Origin: an uncultured Gemmatimonadaceae bacterium | Lineage (GTDB): Bacteria; Gemmatimonadota; Gemmatimonadetes; Gemmatimonadales; Gemmatimonadaceae | Assembly: GCA_963740355.1 (NCBI GenBank) | Contig: CAVUDW010000002.1 | Span: 1,344,001-1,408,000, forward strand | Reading direction: 5' to 3' | DNA: 64,000 nt | Part shown: in pieces, positions 57,569 to 64,000 of the stretch | Layout: each line of letters begins with the position of its first letter | How positions within the stretch are numbered: the first letter of the stretch is position 1 | Translations under genes and position numbers: made by a program | Notes under the pieces: model-generated | Seen by the model: the letters and a program-made list of their open reading frames with translations, nothing else | Database searches by the model: none | Told to the model about the DNA's origin: nothing

Positions 57569-58246
57569 TCAACGTGTCACCTGTCGGTCACACTGCGGTG
57601 AGCCGGCCTTCGCCGCCTCCAGCAGCCCAACCAGTTCCGCGCTCAGGCTTCGCCCACCGTCGTTCGCGTAGAATGTGCTGCGGTAGGTGTGCAGCGAATC
57701 GTCGCTCACGACACCTCGGTTCTTGTTCGTCCACTGCCGCAGCGGCGCGGGCAGCTCCACCAGGCAGCCGGCGTCGTTTCCGTTGGCATCCAGCAGAATG
57801 AAGGTCGGCGTCGCCATCCGGCCGTCCTGCGTACGATGCGTGTTCGCCGCACTCTCGCCAACGGTGGGCGTCACGATGCGCAGCGAAAGACCGGGCACCG
57901 AATCGGCGAGCCGCGCGGCGTAGGGCACGGAATTCATCGAATCGCCGCATCCATCGCGCGCCACCACCAGAATCTGCCACGTCCCACCAACCGCCCGTGC
58001 CCGCTGCAACAGCGCCGGGCCAACCGACGCCTCGCGCTGGAGACGCAGCCAGCCTTCGCGTCGCGCCGTCGCCTTGTCGACGAATTCGGCGAACGTCTGC
58101 CCGCGATCGAAGAGTGTTCGCAGCACGCTGTCGGTCGCGACCACCGGCGCACTGGCCAGCGGGCGCGCAAGCGTGGCCGGCAGCGTGGTCAGTGGCGTGG
58201 CGGGTTGGCAGACGGACAGGCTGGCGATCAGGACGGTGACGAACAT
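57569..58246 (-). CDS. Exported thioredoxin-like protein
   Basis: LVVARDGCGDS, ATPTFILLD. Confidence 0.75.
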   Translation of the reverse strand: MFVTVLIASLSVCQPATPLTTLPATLARPLASAPVVATDSVLRTLFDRGQTFAEFVDKATARREGWLRLQREASVGPALLQRARAVGGTWQILVVARDGCGDSMNSVPYAARLADSVPGLSLRIVTPTVGESAANTHRTQDGRMATPTFILLDANGNDAGCLVELPAPLRQWTNKNRGVVSDDSLHTYRSTFYANDGGRSLSAELVGLLEAAKAGSPQCDRQVTR

Positions 58247-58276
58247 GGCAATTGGGCAGGAGGACGACGACGGCGC

Positions 58277-58654
58277 TTACCGGACAAGATCATTCCCCGT
58301 GTGCGCCACGCGCCACACCCAGTAGATCAACAGTGGTTGCAAGGGAAGCCGGATCCAGCAGGCCAACTGGAAGAGCAAGCTGGCGTTGCGCGACATCGCC
58401 AGCCGCAACATCTCGATGTTGGCTGGAAAGACAGCCAGCAGCAGGGCGATCAGCCCGATCGCTGCCCAGAGGCGCGTGGCCGGCAGCAGCAGGCCCAGCC
58501 CCCCGAGGATCTCGAACACCCCGCTGATGTACACCAGCATCAGCGGCCTCGGCAGCCACGCCGGCATGATCCCCATGTACACGCGCGGGATCACGAAATG
58601 GAGGATGCCCGCCACCACGAAGCCGATCGTGGTGACGAGCAGGCCCGTCGTCAC
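58277..58654 (-). CDS. DoxX-like membrane protein
   Basis: AGILHF, SGVFEILGG, AVFPANI, RLPLQ. Confidence 0.8.
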   Translation of the reverse strand: MTTGLLVTTIGFVVAGILHFVIPRVYMGIMPAWLPRPLMLVYISGVFEILGGLGLLLPATRLWAAIGLIALLLAVFPANIEMLRLAMSRNASLLFQLACWIRLPLQPLLIYWVWRVAHTGNDLVR

Positions 58655-58694
58655 GACGCCGGTACCGGCGCCGATGCTTTCCCAGACAGCAGGC

Positions 58695-59741
58695 TCACGC
58701 GCCCAGCGTCTTGAGGTCGATCACGAAACGGTACTTCACGTCACCCTTCAGCATGCGCTCGTATGCCTCGTTGATCGTGTCCATCGCGATCACTTCGACA
58801 TCGGCGGTGATCCCGTGCTCTCCACAGAAATCGAGCATTTCCTGCGTTTCGCGAATGCCACCGATCAATGAACCCGCCAGCGAGCGACGCTGACCGATGA
58901 GCACGAACGGGTGCACCACCGGTGGCGCGTCAGGCACACCAACCAGCGTCATCGTCCCGTCGCGCTTCAGCATGTTGATGAACTGCATCAGGTCATGCGG
59001 CGCCGACACTGTATTGAGGATGAAGTCGAATGTGCCGGCGTGCGCCTTCATCGCCTTGGCATCATTACTCATCACCACTTCGTCTGCGCCGAGGCGCAGG
59101 GCATCTTCCACCTTGCCCTTCGACGTGGTGAACTGGACCACGTGCGCACCGAACGCCTTCGCGAACTTGAGCGCCATGTGTCCCAGACCGCCGAGGCCGA
59201 CCACACCCACCTTCTGTCCGGCACCGACCTTCCAGTGGCGGAGCGGGGAATAGGTCGTGATGCCTGCGCACAACAGCGGTGCCACGCCGGCCAGATCGAG
59301 CGACTTGGGGATCGTCAGCGCAAAGGCTTCGTCCACCACCAGGTTGTTCGCATAACCCCCGTAGGTCAACTCGCCATGCTTGTCGCGGCTGTTGTACGTG
59401 AAGGTCGCGCCGGTCGTGCAGTACTGTTCTTCACCGTCGACGCAGTTCGCGCAGGTGCGGCACGATTCGACCAGGCACCCCACACCGGCCAGGTCGCCGA
59501 CCTTGAACTTCTTCACGTCGCTGCCGACTGCCGTCACGGTGCCGACGATCTCGTGGCCCGGGACCATCGGGAAGAGCGCGCCGCCCCATTCGTCGCGAAC
59601 CTGGTGCAGGTCGCTGTGGCAGACGCCGCAGAATGCGACCTCGATCTGGATGTCGAGCGGCCCCGGCGTGCGGCGCTCGAAGGCAAAGGGCGCGAGCGGT
59701 GCTTTCGCCGTCTGTGCGGCGTAACCGTGTGATGCAATCAT
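58695..59741 (-). CDS. Zn-dependent NADPH alcohol/aldehyde dehydrogenase (YahK/CAD-like)
   Basis: CGVCHSD, GHEIVG, LLCAGITTYSPL, GLGGLG, YRFVID. Confidence 0.93.
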   Translation of the reverse strand: MIASHGYAAQTAKAPLAPFAFERRTPGPLDIQIEVAFCGVCHSDLHQVRDEWGGALFPMVPGHEIVGTVTAVGSDVKKFKVGDLAGVGCLVESCRTCANCVDGEEQYCTTGATFTYNSRDKHGELTYGGYANNLVVDEAFALTIPKSLDLAGVAPLLCAGITTYSPLRHWKVGAGQKVGVVGLGGLGHMALKFAKAFGAHVVQFTTSKGKVEDALRLGADEVVMSNDAKAMKAHAGTFDFILNTVSAPHDLMQFINMLKRDGTMTLVGVPDAPPVVHPFVLIGQRRSLAGSLIGGIRETQEMLDFCGEHGITADVEVIAMDTINEAYERMLKGDVKYRFVIDLKTLGA

Positions 59742-59920
59742 TCTGTATGAATCCGGTGAGTTCTGAGGGTGACCGTACGTAGTCGAGGCGTCTGGCTGTA
59801 ATTTACCTGAACTGGACAGCCCATGCTGTCTCGATAGAACCCGAGGTTGGCCCGGAAGGTGCCGGCTCGTCCGTTCTTGCTGCGCCATCTCCGAACGCAC
59901 GCCTTGCAACGCGGGAATCC

Positions 59921-60283
59921 ATGTCTGACCGCATTTCGCTGGACGAGAAGTTCGCCAGCTTCGCTGAGCACTGGAGTCCGAAAATCGTCGCCGACCTGAA
60001 CGGCCAGCAGGTCAAGCTGGTCAAGTTCCAGGGCGCCTTCGATTGGCATTCCCACGCCGACGAGGACGAACTTTTCCTCGTGCACCGGGGTGAATTCACG
60101 ATGGAATTTCGCGATCGCATCGTGCCACTGCGCGCCGGTGACATGCTGGTGGTCCCGCGTGGCGTGGAACACCGGCCGGTCGCCGAGTTCGAGTGTGCGG
60201 TCCTCCTGTTCGAGCCGGCCTCGACGCTGAACACCGGCGACGCGATCACCGAGCGCACCAAGCACGTGCTCGATCGGATCTGA
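59921..60283 (+). CDS. Cupin domain protein
   Basis: WHSHADEDELF, VPRGVEHRP. Confidence 0.88.
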   Translation: MSDRISLDEKFASFAEHWSPKIVADLNGQQVKLVKFQGAFDWHSHADEDELFLVHRGEFTMEFRDRIVPLRAGDMLVVPRGVEHRPVAEFECAVLLFEPASTLNTGDAITERTKHVLDRI

Positions 60284-60323
60284 TGCCTCAGTTCGTCGGG
60301 CGATCCCTTTTGCGCCAACCGGC

Positions 60324-61298
60324 GTGAGCCACAGCCGCCAGAAGCCCCCGCGGAAGGGAACGCCAACCCGCGGCACTGGGTCGGCGCCACTCGTCGCGGG
60401 CTTCACCGCCGAGCACCCGGCGTCACCGCTCGCGATCGCCAAGAGCTTCGCCGGACAGGTGTGGAAAAGCCTCGGCGACGACGATGTGATGTTTCTCGCC
60501 AGCGGCGTGTCGTTCAACCTGCTGCTGGCGGTCGTCCCGTTCGTCCTGCTGCTCGTGTCGGTCTCGATCCTCTTCCTCGGCAGCACGCCGGACAGCGCCG
60601 CCGACGTAGCGCTGCAATTCCTCGACCGGTTGCTGCCGGCGAAGAATTGGTCGGATGGTGACAATATTCGCCAGACCATCCGGGAAATCGCACGAGTCAG
60701 CGGCTCGGTGACGCTCTACTCGTCGATCGGCTTCGTCTGGTTCTCGACGCGCGTCTTCAGCTCGATGCGCAGTGTCTTCCAGAAGACCTTCGACGTGCCC
60801 AACGAACGTGGCATCCTGCACGGCAAGCTGTTCGACATTGCCTGCGCGATGATCGCAGCGGTGGGCATCACCGCTTATGGCTCGCTGAGCGCCTACCTGC
60901 TCGCGGCGACGACGCGCGGCGCGGCGGTGCTGACGCAACTCGGTGTGCGCGAAAGCGTGATGGGACCGATCGAATATGGGTTTGGCCGCGTGATCGCCTT
61001 CCTCGTGGTGGTGCTGCTCTGCTTCAGCGCCTATCGGCTGGTGCCGAACAGGCCGATTCCGTCGCGCACCGCGTGGGTCGGCTCGATCACCACCAGTATC
61101 CTGTTCGAGCTCGCGCGCATCGGCTTCGGGAACTACGTCAACACCTTCTCACCGAGCTCGCTCTACACCGGCACCATCGCCACGCTGGTCGTGGTGACGC
61201 TCTGGACCTACTACGCCTCGCTGATCTTCATCATTGGTGCCGAGGTGGCGCAGGTGGTGGAGCTACGCCGACACCCGAAACTGCCGCACAAGAAATGA
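60324..61298 (+). CDS. YihY/BrkB family membrane protein
   Basis: LASGVSF..LL...P, YRLVPN, YYASLIFIIGAE. Confidence 0.88.
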   Translation: MSHSRQKPPRKGTPTRGTGSAPLVAGFTAEHPASPLAIAKSFAGQVWKSLGDDDVMFLASGVSFNLLLAVVPFVLLLVSVSILFLGSTPDSAADVALQFLDRLLPAKNWSDGDNIRQTIREIARVSGSVTLYSSIGFVWFSTRVFSSMRSVFQKTFDVPNERGILHGKLFDIACAMIAAVGITAYGSLSAYLLAATTRGAAVLTQLGVRESVMGPIEYGFGRVIAFLVVVLLCFSAYRLVPNRPIPSRTAWVGSITTSILFELARIGFGNYVNTFSPSSLYTGTIATLVVVTLWTYYASLIFIIGAEVAQVVELRRHPKLPHKK

Positions 61299-62314
61299 TC
61301 GATCTTCGCAGCGACACGGTCACTCGACCCACGGCAGCCATGCGGGCCGCGATGGCGAATGCACCGGTGGATGACGATGTGCTTGGGCACGACCCGACGG
61401 TGCTCGAGCTGGAAACCGAGGTCGCCGCCCTGCTGGGCAAGGAAGCGGCACTCTACTTCCCCAGCGGCACGATGGCCAACCAGACCGCACTCTGGCTGCT
61501 GGCGGAGCCGGGAACGGAGGCGCTCTGTGATGCCCGCTCGCACATCTACGACTGGGAAGGGGCCGGTGCGGCCGTCTTGCGTGGCGTGCAGTTGCGCATC
61601 ATCACGCCGACTGGCGCAACCATCCGTGCCGACGATGTGATGCGAGGGATCCGCACACCGTCACGCTACGCGCCGCGCACCTCGCTGCTCTGCCTCGAGA
61701 ATACAAACAATGGCGCTGGCGGGGCCATCACACCGCTCAAGGATCTGCTGGCGCTCGGCGACGCTGGACGCGCGCTTGGCTTGAAGGTGCACCTCGATGG
61801 CGCGCGACTCTGGAATGCACACGCCGCCACGGGCACGCCGTTGCACGAGTTCGCGAAGGCCGCCGATACCGTGATGGTCAGCTTTTCCAAGGGACTCGGC
61901 GCGCCCGTCGGTGCGGCGCTGGCCGGCTCGAAGGAGTTGATCGCGGCGGCGTGGGAAGTGCGCAAGCGATTCGGTGGCGGCATGCGTCAGGCCGGGATCA
62001 TCGCGGCCGGCGCGCTGCACGGTGTGCGTCACCATCTCGCCCGGTTGCCGGAGGATCATGCAAACGCGAGGGCGTTCGCGGCGGCGGTGGATGGCGCCGG
62101 TGGTGCGAGGCCCGTGTCGCCGGACTCGAACATCGTGATGATCGACCTTCGCGAGGGGCAGCGTTCTGCCGACGTGGTGGCGGCGGCGAAGGCTGCCGGT
62201 GTGGCCCTGTCGGACTGGGCCCCGACACGCGTGCGGGCGGTGTTCCACCTCGACGTGTCGGCCGCGGCGGCGCTCGACGCCGGCCGCATCGTCGCGACCG
62301 TCCTCGGGCAATAG
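61295..62314 (+). CDS. ltaE: Low-specificity L-threonine aldolase
   Basis: IDLRSDTVT, SGTMAN, HLDGARL, SKGLGAPVG, GGGMRQAG. Confidence 0.93.
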   Translation: MIDLRSDTVTRPTAAMRAAMANAPVDDDVLGHDPTVLELETEVAALLGKEAALYFPSGTMANQTALWLLAEPGTEALCDARSHIYDWEGAGAAVLRGVQLRIITPTGATIRADDVMRGIRTPSRYAPRTSLLCLENTNNGAGGAITPLKDLLALGDAGRALGLKVHLDGARLWNAHAATGTPLHEFAKAADTVMVSFSKGLGAPVGAALAGSKELIAAAWEVRKRFGGGMRQAGIIAAGALHGVRHHLARLPEDHANARAFAAAVDGAGGARPVSPDSNIVMIDLREGQRSADVVAAAKAAGVALSDWAPTRVRAVFHLDVSAAAALDAGRIVATVLGQ

Positions 62315-62334
62315 GCAATCGGCAACAGGCAATT
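62307..62334. repeat. Four tandem heptamers GGCAA(T/C)N
   Basis: GGCAATA GGCAATC GGCAACA GGCAATT overlapping the ltaE stop. Confidence 0.75.
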
Positions 62335-62424
62335 TGGGAGAGCCGCGTTTCGTCGCGGCTGGGGTGATTCGCGCGGCGCGGCCTGCACTACGCACTTCAG
62401 TGCCCGCCCACTAGATTATTTCTT

Positions 62425-62521
62425 GCTCCAGGTCCCGGAGGGCGTGAGCCCGCTAACCGCGTCAGGACCGAGAGGTAGCAGCGCCGTGTGGTGTCTTGCG
62501 TTGCTCCGTCAGGCCTGGAGT
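62425..62521 (+). ncRNA. ffs: Signal recognition particle small RNA (4.5S)
   Basis: Domain IV TCAGGACC-GAGA-GGTAGCAGC; closing stem ctccagg/cctggag; -10-like TAGATT upstream; located upstream of dnaX. Confidence 0.9.
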
Positions 62522-62578
62522 ATCGCGCGGCCGTTCGATCGTCCTGGTGTCGGACGGCGAGGCCGCGCGATTCGTTTC
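62522..62578 (+). terminator. Probable terminator after ffs
   Basis: atcgcgcggcc/ggccgcgcgat stem followed by tcgtttct. Confidence 0.55.
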
Positions 62579-62706
62579 TGCAGGTTCGTGTTCTGCCAGT
62601 ACGTGTGCGTGATCCCTCTGTGGATCACCCGCGTCGCCACGCGCGGCGCCCGCCGGCTCGTGTCGCTCCGGTTGACCCTTGCGCCCCCCGGGAGGATTCC
62701 CAGCCC

Positions 62707-64000
62707 GTGATTGCGCTCGCCAGAAAGTACCGACCGAAAAACTTCGCGCAGGTCGCGGTTCAGACGCACGTCTCGAACACGCTCAAGGGGGCCATTGCGC
62801 GCGATCGCGTCGCGCACGGCTACCTGCTCTGCGGGCCGCGCGGCACCGGCAAGACGACGCTGGCGCGTGTGCTGGCGATGGCGCTCAACTGCGAGAACCG
62901 GAAGCTCCGCGACGACGGTGAGCCATGTGGCACCTGCGGCGCCTGCACACGCATCTGGAGTGGTAGCGCCTCACTCGACGTGATCGAGATCGACGCGGCC
63001 TCCAACCGTGGCGTGGACGACGCGCGCGAACTGCGCGAACGTGCCATGTATGCGCCGTCCACCAGCGATGGCTATAAGGTCTACATCGTGGACGAAGCGC
63101 ACATGCTCACGCGTGAAGCGTGGAATGCGCTGCTGAAGATCCTCGAGGAGCCGCCACCGCGGGTGGTGTTCGTGTTCGCCACCACCGAACCGCAGAAGAT
63201 CGCGCAGACGGCAGCACCGGTACTGAGCCGACTGCAGCGCTTCGACTTGCGCCGGATCAACCCGGCCGAGATTCGTGACCGGCTCGCGTCTGTGCTCGAC
63301 GACGAAGGGGTCAGCTACGAGCCTGACGCGCTGCAGATGCTGGCGCGTGCCGCCGATGGGGGATTGCGTGATGCACTCTCGCTCACCGACCAGGTGCTGG
63401 CCTTCGGCGACGACTCCCGCCTGACGTCCGCACGTGTGCGTGATGCGCTGGGCCTGGTGCCGGAAGACGAGTTGCTGGCGCTGCTTTCGATCATAGGTGA
63501 ACGGCGCGCCGGTGATGTCTTCGGCGCTGTCGAACGGCTGACGAATCTCGGTGTCGACCTCGTGCTGCTGCTCACCGGTCTTGGAGACCTGGTGCGTGCC
63601 CAGCTGGCCATCGTGCTCGGCGGCGACCCTGGCGCTGTGTCGTCGTCGGTTCGGGAGCGGCTGACCGCCATGGCGCCGCAGTGGCGCGCGGGTGACCTGC
63701 TCCGTGTCCTGCAGTTGATGGCCGAGGTCGAGGCGCGACTGCGGAAGAGCAGCCAGCCGCAGTTGGTGTTCGAGACACTGTTGGTGCGCCTCGCGCTGAT
63801 GGATCGCACGATGGCGCTGGAAGAGGTGCTGGCAGGACTTGGTGATGTCGCGCCACGGTCGGTTGCGGCACCGCGGGGTGCGCCGCCGGTTGCAGCGAGG
63901 GCGGCTGCACCGCCGCCTCCGCGTTCGGCGCCTGCGGCCGACAAGTGGGCACCGCCGGCCGATAAGTGGTCGCAGCCGGCCCCGCCCGCGGAGCGACCGG
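62707..64000 (+). CDS. dnaX: DNA polymerase III gamma/tau subunit (3' truncated by window end)
   Basis: GTG start, ALARKYRP, GPRGTGKTT, EIDAASN, DEAHML, LKILEEPP; absent from the ORF track because it has no stop in the window. Confidence 0.96.
   Translation, partial: MIALARKYRPKNFAQVAVQTHVSNTLKGAIARDRVAHGYLLCGPRGTGKTTLARVLAMALNCENRKLRDDGEPCGTCGACTRIWSGSASLDVIEIDAASNRGVDDARELRERAMYAPSTSDGYKVYIVDEAHMLTREAWNALLKILEEPPPRVVFVFATTEPQKIAQTAAPVLSRLQRFDLRRINPAEIRDRLASVLDDEGVSYEPDALQMLARAADGGLRDALSLTDQVLAFGDDSRLTSARVRDALGLVPEDELLALLSIIGERRAGDVFGAVERLTNLGVDLVLLLTGLGDLVRAQLAIVLGGDPGAVSSSVRERLTAMAPQWRAGDLLRVLQLMAEVEARLRKSSQPQLVFETLLVRLALMDRTMALEEVLAGLGDVAPRSVAAPRGAPPVAARAAAPPPPRSAPAADKWAPPADKWSQPAPPAERP

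Noticed and set aside
62619..62627. DnaA-box-like TGATCCACA (minus strand) upstream of dnaX
   Set aside because: A single box with one mismatch; no cluster or AT-rich unwinding element.
63930..64000. dnaX programmed frameshift / ADKW repeats
   Set aside because: No A-AAA-AAG or poly-A slippery site is visible in the window; the repeats are part of an ordinary low-complexity linker.

Overview
GC-rich bacterial chromosomal window. It most resembles Gemmatimonadota, an inference from gene content (CruG-like glycosyltransferase, carboxypeptidase-regulatory/plug-only proteins, overall style). In order it contains: a maltodextrin cluster (MFS, GH13, malQ, aldose epimerase) interrupted by an OM-protein / PAP2-vanadium-haloperoxidase-like / TonB-receptor block; an M16 peptidase pair; an SSS transporter divergent from a Gfo/Idh/MocA-DUF1080-NupG operon (3-ketoglycoside-type sugar catabolism); a LytS/LytTR pair; a stand-alone truncated-C/A/PCP/TE NRPS; hldD, namZ-like, crcB; a tal-pyk-pgi-fba cluster with a degenerate histidine kinase and a sigma-54 regulator; ltaE, SRP RNA (ffs) and the 5' part of dnaX. 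I found no CRISPR array, tRNA/rRNA, integrase, transposase or reverse transcriptase. The most unusual signal is non-coding: three families of long inverted-repeat elements (A ~293 bp x2, B ~169 bp x4, C ~145 bp x1). Families A and B each bracket a surface-protein gene as direct repeats. A perfect 57-bp palindrome has independently replaced part of two family-B copies. All product calls come from motif recognition, not database searches.
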